DNA of 64,000 bases. Source: Octopus sinensis. Lineage: Eukaryota. The notes below the pieces were generated by a model, which made no database searches, had not been told where the DNA came from, and saw only the letters and a program-made list of their open reading frames with translations. Of this stretch, positions 52,148 through 64,000 are shown one piece after another (within the stretch, counting starts at the first letter, position 1; every line of letters starts with the position of its first letter). Where the stretch lies: assembly GCF_006345805.1 (NCBI RefSeq), contig NC_043005.1, positions 104,222,001 to 104,286,000 on the forward strand, in the 5' to 3' direction. The position numbers and the translations under genes were made by a program.

Positions 52148-53106
52148 CTATATAAATGTATTTATGGGGGAAAATATTGAAAAACATCAATACATGTGAT
52201 AGTGATAAAGAAACGAGGAGGGTTGTCTTTGGATGTGCAAGAAACAACAGCCAAATCGCCCTTAAACCATTCACTTTTCCCTCTGAAAATATCAAAATTT
52301 TAATTTTTAGTTTTCGCCGAAAATGCTATAACCATGGTTTTGAAGTGCAAAAACAAGTGGTCAAAATAGGTCTGGCGTGAGACGATGAGGGAGGTGGTGT
52401 AAAAAAAGAGTTTGTTAAAATTTTTTCATACAAAGATGTCGCCTCACCATTTCGAAGACTGCGATTTAAAAAGAAATGGGGAAAATCCCTGAATGCATTT
52501 TCCCCACAAATTTCTTTATAATCGTAATCTATGACGTTTGAAAGGGATTTATATAAATTTTCATTTTCCAAAAATTTATGAGTGAAAAGATTCTTCCAGA
52601 AAGTTATGAATGAAAAAAGTCAGATCGTGAATTTCTAAAACTCTTCTCTATGCCCTCTCAGAAAAATTCTTTCCTATAATCCCTATATGCTCTGAAGCCA
52701 CATCTAAGTGGTATTTGTAGAAAATTTTGTTAAAAACTATCCATTTTTCTAGATGTTATGTGGCAACAAATTCGGGGTCGTATACATCTGTAGTAATGCC
52801 CTTTTATTTATACGATTTTTTCATTTCATGTTTATTTCATTCGTTGTTTGCATTGTTATTTCCCCTACTGTCTCTCTCTCACACACACACACTGCAAAGC
52901 TTACAGATGAGCTGCTCAATTGAAATCTCTATGTTGCCTTGATAAATTTCTCTTCCCTCTGTTGTTGGACTACCGTGATGTTTGTTTAAAAAAGAGAGAT
53001 TATGACTGTGATGGAATAGTGAAAGCTATATTTACTAAGCAAGTGAGCACTATTATACAAAGAAATGATTTAGATGTAAAAGACCGGAAGGCAGTCTTTC
53101 TGCAAG

Positions 53107-53140
<34 letters not shown>

Positions 53141-53489
53141 GTGTGTGTGTGTGTGGTGTGTGTGTATACTGTTTTCGTCCTCTTTCTTGTACCTCTCACT
53201 CTCTCTCTCTCTTCCTATCTCTTCCTCTCACTCGCTCCCCCTCTCTCTTTCTCTCGCTGGGTAACTATATACTTCCTCTATAGCAAAGTACTTGTTTCTT
53301 CCTCTCCTTCCTCTATCACGCTCTAACCTTTCATCATTTGAAACTGGATCACCTCCTCCAGCGCCCCCTCCGTTATAGCAAAACACCTTTTTTTGCCTCT
53401 CTGCCTCTCGGTCACACTCTAGCCTTTCATCCTCTGAAGCAAGTTCCCTCCTCAAATGCCCCTTCTCCTCTTAAAGTTCCTTGTCTTGC

Positions 53490-53800
53490 GAGTTACTTAG
53501 TAACCCTGCCAGTATTGGAGCAACGAAAAAGCATCCAGTCCACACTGGCGTTTAGAAGGGCATTCGGCTGTAAAAACCATGCCAAAACTAACCTTGTTTG
53601 TGCTAGTGTTACGTAAAAAGCACGGAGTCCACTCTGCAGTGTGGTTGGTGTTAGGAAAAGCATGCAGCTGTAAAAAACCTGCCAAAACAGACACAGTAGC
53701 CTGGGATAGTCTTCTACCTGGCTGTCTCCTGTCAACCATGCATGCACGGAAGATGGTCGTTAAACAATGATGATAATGATGATGATGGTGGTTGTGAGGA
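53490..53800 (+). mobile_element. RTE-type retroposon 3' tail ending in (ATG)n
   Basis: gtgtggttggtgttaggaa...ctcctgtcaacc...gttaaacaatgatgat; family assignment from recall. Confidence 0.55.
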
Positions 53801-55119
53801 TGATGATGTATATACATATGCACACGCACATACATTCCATAAATGGTAGCACTAATTTCCCAATAGCATTTGTGTAGCTTAGAAATAACTGGCCCAATAT
53901 TGCTGTGTCTATTCAACCAATGTTTAAAGTTCCGCATAAGGCAAGCATTACATATCAACATTATTATCCATGATGAAACCCACAGATAAATCATTAAAAT
54001 ACCTATCAATGATATTTGGTTACACTGTTATTAAGAAATATTTCTATATAAATTTCCCTACCATGTGATCATCAGTTAGATAAACCTTTATAAATTGTTT
54101 TACATGTGTAATTTTAAGAAGAGATATTCTTTGCACAATGTCATGAATATCTGTATAATTTACGGCATTTATGTCATTTCTGTTTTGCATTCACTAAAAT
54201 GGTGCAGAATTCCTAAAGATGAAACAATTATTGGAAAAATATTCACTGGTAAGCTTCAGTTATGTACTCAGCATGAATAGCTTTCTAGCTGGGAAATGTT
54301 CAAATCATTTACCACAAAATCATCACTTTTGTGCATCTGAAACATCTGAACACAGTTAAATCTGTTACAGTGAATGTCTTGAGAGATATGATAGGCCTTG
54401 TATGAAAGGGAAGAAACCCTGCTTATAAAGTCTTTTATGTTATCATACACTAATGAGACGTTTTAAATTGAAATTATCGTAATTAAGCACTTAACGAAAT
54501 ATTTAGTTCATCAAAGCTGTAGAGAAATATCATGTAAATAGATTTTTACTGTAATATGATATAAAACTGCAACAACAACGAACAAAATACGTAATGTATT
54601 CATTCAATAAGAAAACGCAACGGAATATAATGACTTCTGAAATCATTGAATTCACAATGAAAATAAACAATAAAGATATTTTTAAAAGCATTACCGATAA
54701 CATGACTTACCAGTTTGAAAGCTGCAAACCTCATGAAAATAATTCCGATTAATATGTTGCTTAATGACATCTCAATTAGTAATTAATCCCAGTAAAAGGT
54801 AATTACAAATACATAAAAAAAGTGATATTATAAAATATGGAATATTTAAGATAATACTTTTTCTTTCATGAGCACACGGTTACAAACTTACATGGTGGAT
54901 TGAAGTTCAGTGAATCGATCTTATTACATTACTGGCACTTATTATATAGTTCTTGGAATGATAAAAGAGAAATTGCATTCTAGAAGAATTGGAACCAAGA
55001 ACAAAAACAAAAAAAATATAACTGTATGGCGCTTTGGCCACTGCTCTACTTCCCTACTAACCCAGCAACCTAGAATGTGTTACTTATGCTAAGAATAGCC
55101 AGCTTCGTGTTGCATTTTG

Positions 55120-55350
55120 TTCCTGCAGGGATAAAGACTTGTGCCCGCTAAATAGAGCCTATATGACTGAGACCATTATTTATGAAGCCACTGTAAATTC
55201 TACGAATGCTAATAATACAGTTTCATCGAAGAGATATGTGGGTCTCATAGAGGGAAATTTCAAAGCAAGATTCAACAATTACAGCTTAAGCTTCAGACAC
55301 TGGAATAATCGAAAAACTACCAAATTATCCAGTTGTATATGGTTCCCCCA
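55120..55350 (+). pseudogene. Penelope-like element GIY-YIG endonuclease relic
   Basis: CSCRDKDLCPLN...IIYEATV...YVGLIEGNFKARFNNY..SF...TKLSSCIW. Confidence 0.85.
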
Positions 55351-55607
55351 CTATAAGTTCGTTAAACCTCTTTAACGTTCTCTCGTCCACCTTTACCTCT
55401 CTCACCCGTAATATATCAGTATCAATCCTCTTCCAGTTGCTGCAGCACAACTACCAGCTGGAACTGGTTGGCTCTCCATCGCTTTACCCATAAATTGGGG
55501 AAGAAAACAACTAGGCAAAAACAACAATTCGACAATTCAACAATTCAACTAGAAAATTACCATTTTTAAATCTCACAACGTGAGATATTCAGCAACAGTG
55601 CTTTGTA

Positions 55608-55932
55608 GTAAAGATCGTTTGCCAACATAACATGGCAGTCCCGGTTTAGGACTAATGTTGCTGTAATTTAGCCCCAGGGGACATCGTCTCCAGCTGGCTA
55701 TACGACACGATCTGTGTTCTTATATTTTCGAACAAGGGAATCTAGCATCGCCACTCAGCTCAAAACAATATCTGTTTTGAGCTGAGTGGAGATGCTAGAT
55801 TCCCTTGTTCGAAAATATAAAGACACAGATCGTGTCGTATATCCAGCTGGAAACGCTGTCTCCTGGGGCTAAATTACAGCAACATTAGTCCTAAACCAGG
55901 ACTGCCATGTTAGGTTGGCAAACGATCTTTAC
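55608..55932. mobile_element. Near-perfect 325-bp hairpin (palindromic MITE)
   Basis: 160-bp arms, 5-nt loop, nine mismatches counted. Confidence 0.95.
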
Positions 55933-56437
55933 AACAGTTCAACTGTTCAATAATTAAGAACAGGTACGGAGACTTTCAACAAACGATCAACAAAGCGCCC
56001 TACACAGGTCAAAATGACCAAACACACAACATGGACTCCTCCGTCGAACTAACACCGTCAATAACCCCCTTAACAGTTCACTCAGTTCTTATTTATTGTA
56101 ATCGGTTAGTCCTACTTCAGTCACGTGAGGATGTCCAGGATTGTCCCATTACTATATATAGATACATATATTTCCACATTGCTTGCACCGCTGCTGTTAT
56201 TATTATTCCATGCATAATGACCAGCTAACCTAAGAATATTTCTTTTATCTTAATCGGACATTATTCATCTAATTCATAATACTAACCTGTAATCTGATTT
56301 AATCTAACTTTCAAAATTCGTAATTTTCGATACATTTTGTTTTAATTTTTACAATATTCTTTTTCTGTTTCATAACCAATGTGCTTCCATACTTTGCCAT
56401 GATTTCCTCATCGATCAAGTTTTTCAACTCTCTCAGT

Positions 56438-56514
<77 letters not shown>

Positions 56515-56516
<2 letters not shown>

Positions 56517-56675
56517 GAGAGATTTTGGGACATCCTAATTGACAAATTTGTAGAGTGGGAGGAAGAACTACATACTTGTAACATAAAGGGCAACTGGGAA
56601 TTCCTGTGGGACAGTTTGCTGACTGCCACAGACCAAATTTGCGGATGGTGCAAAGTCCCATCCAGACATCGGGTG
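56515..56675 (+). mobile_element. RTE-like LINE ORF fragment beside (CT)n
   Basis: WEFLWDSLLTATDQICGWCKVPSRHRV. Confidence 0.65.
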
Positions 56676-56904
56676 AAGTTTCTTTATTATCTCCATCATC
56701 CTCGCCTATCTTTCGTTAACCCTTGTATGCTATGCATATTTCTCTTCCTTACTGTTTCTCTCTTTTTAATCATTTATTTTTTCATCATTGAATTGTATGT
56801 AACCCCAACATTTTATGCGTGTTTTGTATTGTCCCCCTCATCCTTCGTCCTGGTGGCAGATAAGGAAATAATAATAATAATCACCATCATTATATAATTA
56901 TTAT

Positions 56905-57019
<115 letters not shown>

Positions 57020-57095
57020 GTATATATATATATATATATACATACATATAGTATATATATATATATACATATAGTATATATATATATATATATAC

Positions 57096-57143
<48 letters not shown>

Positions 57144-57229
57144 GTATATATATATATATATAATATATATATATGTATGTATATATATATATATGTGTAT
57201 GTGTATGTGTGTGTATATATATATATGTA

Positions 57230-58040
57230 TATCAGCGTATCAGCGACGATACGGTACGACGTCGGCTGACCGCCAACAGCCTGCGTGGCCGTCATCCTGC
57301 TCGAGGGCCTGTCCTCATCGCCCGCCACCGTCAGGCAAGACTACAGTGGGCTACACAGTACCAACATTGTGGCATCAACAATGGAGGTCGATAGTCTTCT
57401 CTGACGAGAGCCGGTACTGCGTTTCAACCTCGGATGGCAGAGTGAGGGTGTGACGTAGGTGCGGTGAACGCTACAAAGACGCGTGTGTCATGGAGAGAGA
57501 CGCGTGGGGTGGCCAGAGCATCGTCGTATGGGGTGCTATAGCCCTGAATCAGAGAATTGGGCCCCATGTGTTGCAAAATGTTGGTGCAGGCAGAGGAAAT
57601 GGCATCACAGCGCAGTGCTACGTTGACCAGATCGTAAGACCTCACATCGTGTCCTTCCTCGCGCGTCTCCATAGCCACGTTGTCCAGCAGGACAATGGTC
57701 TCTCCCACATGGCCAGGGTCATCATGGACTCCCTACGTCAGTACAACATGAGAACCATGCTGTGGTCGGCTCTCAGCCCGGATTTGAATTCATTTGAACA
57801 CCTGTGGGATGAATCTAGAGACGGCTGAACTAGGTGGGCCCAAGGTCGACAACTCGTGTGAAACCGGAAGCAGCTTTCTTCAGGGTGTGGGCACAGGTGC
57901 CAATGGCTTTTGTGAACCGCCTCATGCACTTCATGTACCGACGGTGTATGGCCGTTTTGAACACCCAGGGAGGGCAAACACGGTATTGAACATTTCACGT
58001 CTACAATCTCGATGTGCTGGATCCGCCCACTACCAGCACA
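57230..58040 (+). pseudogene. Tc1 DD34E transposase relic lacking its N-terminus, GC-rich
   Basis: IVFSDESRYC, GGQSIVVWGAI, QQDNGLSH, WSALSPDLNSFEHLWDE. Confidence 0.93.
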
Positions 58041-58329
58041 TATGACAACGACCCATAGACTGTGGTCAAAGTATAGCCAAGAAATTGACTTTATCAGATT
58101 AATCAAAACTTATCTCTGACAATGAAATTAAAACATATTTCACAGTCACACACCTCTCGCGTTTCTTTTGCGATTCAGTGTATATGTAAGTATAATTTAT
58201 GTATATTTAAGAGTATTTGCGTACGTCTTAATATTTACACGTGCTGCTTATATTCAAACACCCATATACACCCATACATACACGTCTGTGTATGTGTACG
58301 TTAATGAGCTCATCTATGTACGTGTGTTT

Positions 58330-58406
<77 letters not shown>

Positions 58407-59464
58407 CAAACAGATAGATCGATAGATAGACAGGCAGGCAGGCAGGCAGGCAGACAGACAGACAGACAGACCGACAGATAGATAGATAGATATTATTTTT
58501 ACCGGATTCTCACGTGTGTAAATTTTAAGCAGTGACGTTTTGTCATAAAACTCTTTCCCAGATTTAAAAGCTGATCCCCTTCCCACAGTTTAATGAATCC
58601 TGACCCATTTTTCTTTATTTCCCCAGTTTATGAAATGGGGTGAGGCGGGAAAACTAATCTTGGTTTGTTTTGTTTGTGAATTCCCTTTTCTCCATGCTAT
58701 TGTGAATTACTATAACTTGTATTGGGTTTTGTAGACTTTTTGTAGGGTTGTTGTTTCGGTTGTTGTTATTGAGAGAATGGTTATAATGATGACGATGATC
58801 ATGACGGTAAGTTAATGTTGGTTGAATGAATTGTGCTTAGTTGCTGTTTTGTTAGTTTTAACTCCATCGCAAATATATAAGTATTGGAGAAAAGTAGAAA
58901 GCGCCTGGGCCGGTGCGCCAGTGAACTTGTTTCACTATTCAGTTCCACCACATAAGTATCTTCTATAGTCTGGGTATGACTTTAAACTACAGCTGGAAGC
59001 GGGGCCCTGGTTTGAGAGTTCAAGTTTTGAGGAGTCTAGAAGCACCACTTAGTCACTATTATGCCTGGTTTACTCTGGCCCGTAGTAGTAGTAGTACCTC
59101 TTAGGTCCTAGCTATGGGTTACTTACCATGTCACGAAACTCTCACCGGTAGGTCACAGGTACCCTAATGGACCCAGAGTAGGGGAAGTTCTACAGATCTT
59201 TAGCTATTCAGCTAAGAGAAGGCAACTCCATACAAAATCTTACATCCTGACAACTACCAGGGTCAAAGCTCTTGTTACAGCAGACCAATATAAGTCTGAA
59301 CTGTGAGAGAGTGGAACTAGCTTCTACACCAATCATGCCCACTGTAATATAAACCCTGCTGCCTTCAGGGGCAATTTATTGAGCTTTTAAAAACGGTTAA
59401 GGGAGTAAATCCCTACAGAAAATCAAGAGAGAGGACTCGAAGGTAGAATTGTGCATTATACTTG

Positions 59465-59580
59465 GGAAGCACTCCGTCGGTTACGACGATGAGGGTTCCG
59501 GTTGATCCGACCAAACGGAACAGCCTGCTCGTAAAATTAACGTGTAAGTGGCTGAGCACTCCACAGACACGTGGACCCTT
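59465..59580 (-). mobile_element. SINE family D 3' fragment (tail variant 2)
   Basis: Reverse complement of 36045-36159. Confidence 0.85.
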
Positions 59581-60003
59581 ATTCAAGATTTGACTGTCCT
59601 GCAGATCCATAGGTGCTGCGAACGGATTGGCATATCTTCCGTTTGTGGCGTATCCATGAGGAGAGAGTTAGTAAGAATACTTGGAACTTGGCACTTGCTT
59701 CTGGAAACAGTAAGGTTCAGCAGGGGTCGTTATATCCCTGCAATATCATCGACGAATACGAAAAAGGCTACGAAGAAAACCATACAAAAATCATTGTCTA
59801 TATAGCCTGTTCTACTGAAACTAACTTTCTCCAGTCATATTCTAGAAAGTATTAAGCGGCATGCTGGTAACCCAATTAAAGTTTCGTAGAATATATTGCA
59901 ATATTATAGTCGTCTATAATTACTACGATAGAAGAATTTCTTTTTTTCTTTTTCTCACAGAAATGCAGAATACACGAGGAACACACACACTCACACTCAC
60001 ACA

Positions 60004-60044
<41 letters not shown>

Positions 60045-61093
60045 AACAAACAAACACACACACACACACAAACACACATACAAACACACACACACACTAC
60101 CTAAGCAGATTTTCACATTCTGACTTTTGCATTTTTAAAATATTACAAATACCTACATGATTTATAAGAATCTTCAGTCCAGGTAAACATTTATGCAATG
60201 GTGTCGACAAAATATCTAAAACGTTTCCCAATTAAAATAACGGAATGTTCCCTTAAATACTTCCGACAAGCTCCTGCAAGTTGATGCCCACGAAATCCAT
60301 TCAGAATGGGTTTGAACTTCTCAAGAAAATTTTTTTCTCTTCTAACTTGGGTCATGAAGTTTGTAAAGTGGAAATATTTAAAACATTTTATTACCACATG
60401 TTTTTAAATAATTGCCTAATGAGAACTAAATGACATGAGAGATCCTTTGCTGCCGATATACTCGTATGCATTGTGATACTAGCCGTCGCGCTTTAATTGG
60501 TTTAAATTTTTAGCTGTCTTTACAATGAACAAGTGTTCGATCAGAGATGAAATCTTTTTGTTTGTTACTTTGATAATAGACTAGTTTGATTTGGCGACCA
60601 TACAAATATTTTGATGTCATGGACCATGTGTCACTATAAAAGTAGGATGTTCAGATTTTGTGTTTCTTAAATGGTCCAAAGTTGTTCTTAAGATATCTAT
60701 TTTGCATGTAGTATATAATTTTCTATAAGTACGGTGGGATATTTTTGTTTCAGTAGAAATCCCTTGCGTTCTGTGAACCGCAAATCTTAAGATGGTAGCT
60801 ACATCTTTAATGACAATACAAATATTTTGGCTACGTTTTGTAAGTGCTGGATGTCATGATTTGAAGTTCTGGTATTGTTGTGTGTGTGTGTGTGTGTGTG
60901 CATGTGTGTGTGTGTGCGTGTGCGTGTGCGTGTGCATGTGTGTGTGCGCGCGAGTGTGTGCATGTATGTATGTGTGTGTGTGTGTTTTGTATGCGCTGGA
61001 TGACATGATTTAAAGTTCTGGTACTGTTGTGTATGCGTGAATGTGTGTGCGTGTGTATGTGTGTGTATGTATGTGTGTATGTGTGTGTGTGTT

Positions 61094-61124
<31 letters not shown>

Positions 61125-62017
61125 GTAAATAAAATGACAAGGGAATAAGAAATTATGTGATGAGCTAATGAAGTCCGTTACATTCCTTCTTGTAACTGCT
61201 CTGTACTTGACTATCGCATTGTTCTGAAGTATATGTATATTGAGTTTTAACATCAGCTTTGTATTGCATAGCTCCCATAAGAAATACAATAATTAAAAAA
61301 TAAAAAGTCATTCCGTAGCTACATCGAGTTTGGTGTTTCCACTTGCAATCAGGATTCTAGCGGAATAAAATCTGAAGGGTAAAATGAAAATGTCAAATTC
61401 ACCAGGGCATCGAGGCAAAATCTGTTTTTATTAATGATTGTAACTATTCATTATATAATGATAGCCTTCCCTTCACTTTTGTATATAATATTATACTTAG
61501 AAAAGGAAATTTGGTACATTTCCTCCACATAAAAGTTATATCTATTATCACCTATTCTATAAAGTTTTGCTTTGCTAATAATTTCCCAAGCAATCAAAAT
61601 ACTTTGTTACTATCTTTAAGTGCTCAGATTAGCTTAATAAGGCTGGTAGTATTAATTATGTCACTGTTTCTAAACGAACTTACATGACTGGCAATTCTCT
61701 GCTTAATATAACATGAGGTAGCTCTTATATAGAAATATTCTCTATTCTATGAGGAAATCTTACATCTGTATACGATATCTGTATGTTTACAATCAGAGTC
61801 AAGCGGACTGACCCTGTACCTTGCACAGTGGCAAGTAATAGTTCTAGTACTTCCATCACTATCGTCCACTTCACCTACTCTAGATGTGAGTTTTATATTC
61901 TCCTGTCTATCTTCTAAGTTATTAGTCCTATCCACAGAGACAACACACTGAGTACTTTGCCCTTTAGGATTCATATCCACTATTTTCAGGCCAACTGTGG
62001 TCTCTCAGTTGTGTACA

Positions 62018-62402
62018 TGTTTCAGTCATTTAACTGCGACCACGTACCGCCTTGAAGGGCATTAGTCGAAGAAATCGAACCCAGTACTTATTCTTCTTAA
62101 GCTTACTGTATGTATGTATGTATGTATGTATGATGTATGTATGTATGTATGTATGTATGTATGTATGTATGTATTATGTATGTATGTATGTATGTATGTA
62201 TGCATGCATGCATGCATGCATGTATGTATGTATGCATGCATGTATGTATGTATGTATGTATGTATGTATGTATGTATATATATATATATATATATAGTTT
62301 TATATGGCGTGGCTGTGTGGTAAGCTTGCTTCCTAAACACATAATTCAGGATTTATTTGTACTACGTAACACTTTCGGCGAATATCTTGTACTATAGCCT
62401 CA
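62018..62402. mobile_element. SINE family B fragment (-, 62018-62105), (TATG)n array, SINE family A fragment (+, 62306-62402)
   Basis: Matches to other copies in the window. Confidence 0.75.
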
Positions 62403-62520
62403 GGCACTTACATATTGATAATCTTTATATTTATAACTATGAATCTATATAAAAAGAAATGCAATATACTATAGTATTAACCGATAAGACTTGTTAGTGT
62501 TGACCTAAGGTGAATTTAAA

Positions 62521-62585
62521 GTCTTACAGCTGTTTCTGGGATATCTCTAGTGATAGGTTAACATGTCCGTACCGTCAGCAGAGAC
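62521..62585 (-). ncRNA. Hammerhead-like motif (A6C core variant)
   Basis: GTCT / CTGCTGA / long stem II / GAAA / palindrome ACAGCTGT / A / AGAC. Confidence 0.6.
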
Positions 62586-63759
62586 AAGGTGAGTATGTAT
62601 GAAGGTTCCAAACAGGGAAATTTACAGTTTATAAGGAATAAAGTAAAAGAATAAAGAGTAAAAGCAGAAGAATACAGACAAGAGAATAAAGTTCACAGCT
62701 CATCTTTTTCCAGAGGCTATTGAGGTTGGTCTGTACTTCCGGGGAAGTAGAGATCCTTAGGTATAATCCTGGGTAAATCCAGGCAGTATTTTGGCAGTAT
62801 TTTGAATGATGCGTTCATGTTGAAGTAATGGATCAAGTGGTTAGCTAGTATGCAAATGGTCCACGAGGGTGTATAGAGTGAGAAAGACTGACATCAAGAT
62901 AGACAGAAATGAGTTGTGAGTGAGTAGATAGAAGAGAGAAAAAGCGAGCAAAGAAAAGTGTGGGAAAGAATGAATGAGAGCGAAAGTAAATGAGAGGAAA
63001 TATTTAGTTCAGTGGTCATTAGGAATAGCCACAAATAGATGCCTAGCTTTGGGGATATATATATATAGGATAAAACTACAATTAAATGGATAAAAGATAC
63101 GAATTAAAGAATTAAAAATTAAAACTTGAAACTTAAATTAATGAGAAGCAGGATGTGTATCTTGCATGCTATTCAGAGTGTTTCGGTAGGACCCAGGTTG
63201 GATTGCAGTCCATGCAATGTATATTTGTATACATGAGAGATGTTTGTTCTGTGGAATAAACATGATTCACTTTTATGTTAATTCCATTGATTATTTACAG
63301 TTTTGGTGGTGGAGAAGAAAGAGTAGATTACTTCTAGAGTAATTCAGCAAGATATCTTTCTCGAGATGGAGCTCTCAAATTCATTTGTTTATTGCGGCAC
63401 CATTCACGAACTCAGAGAAAAAGGTATGCGCCAGCTGATAATGCATCCATCTGAGAAGGTACTCAAACGACCAATCTACTGTTCTATTTGACGACTGAAA
63501 ATCCTTTCTATCTATATTGTCTGACCTGATAAATAGTGCTGTCGTGCAACGAGCAATAAGAATCACTGTTCGACTATTTGACTTCTTTTGAATGCACATC
63601 GAAGAAATGTTATTTCATGACTTGTGCATTCACTTCGAATAAAGGTAATTCTGCTAAAAGCAACGTAAGGCATGATAGGAGGTTTCTTGAACCTACCATT
63701 CACACACAACTACCAAAAAATATATGATGACTTTTCCCTAGTGCTAGAATCAGAAAGGC

Positions 63760-63960
63760 GATCTCTTTAGTTTGGCTCACAGATTTTAAAATTATTTTCT
63801 AAAACTAGACAATTTGAAACCTCGTATACTGGTATAATTTCTCACGCTGAACACGATTTATTTCCAAAATATTTGACAAAATTCCGTATTTTAGAAGTTA
63901 TTTCGTGTTAAAGTTGTCGTATTTGGGTAATTTTAACCAATCAACAACATGTATTCAACT
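63760..63960 (+). repeat. Diverged relative of the 28621-28863 foldback arm
   Basis: acaatttgaaacctcgtatactggta...aattttaaccaat shared. Confidence 0.65.
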
Positions 63961-64000
63961 GAAGAAAGCTACTGCTCTATGCAATAGTAATCGAAGGGCA

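Larger units (their letters stand above)
61480..63700 (-). mobile_element. Decayed Penelope-like element sequence (GIY-YIG at about 61600-61830; weaker RT traces at about 63100-63600), interrupted by SINEs and (TATG)n
   Basis: TCHC..SPLDSDCKHTDIVYRCKISS then YFYIRATSCYIKQRIASHVSSFRN; the RT part is uncertain. Confidence 0.65.

Noticed and set aside
58890-59400. GC-richer block resembling a LINE 5' UTR with a possible HDV-like ribozyme
   Set aside because: Could not fold the nested double pseudoknot by eye and found no diagnostic ORF
60191-60397. 68-aa minus-strand ORF in unique sequence
   Set aside because: No recognisable motif or supporting splice sites; length is expected by chance

Overview
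AT-rich animal genomic DNA dominated by microsatellites ((TA)n, (CA)n, (TACA)n, (GATA)n, (TAA)n, (GA)n) and transposon relics, with one 100-N assembly gap. The SINE and repeat repertoire looks octopus/coleoid-like; this is inferred from pattern recognition, not a search. Almost all ORFs in the supplied track are microsatellite artefacts or transposon fragments, and no intact host gene could be identified. Recognisable elements: decayed Tigger/pogo, two Tc1, mariner and hAT DNA transposons; three Helitron-like elements; CR1-like, R4/Dong-like, Tx1/L1-like, RTE-like and Penelope-like (GIY-YIG) retroelement relics; four tRNA-derived SINE families; and many foldback or hairpin elements. The main unexpected signal is a set of eight type-I hammerhead-ribozyme-like motifs at seven loci, most with a palindromic stem III, in short repeats anchored in (TA)n. 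One of them (19441-19509) has a fully canonical catalytic core. There is also weak evidence for a spliced minus-strand transcript (exon-like segments at 27303-27200, 26686-26323 and 22456-22130). All structures were folded and aligned by eye.
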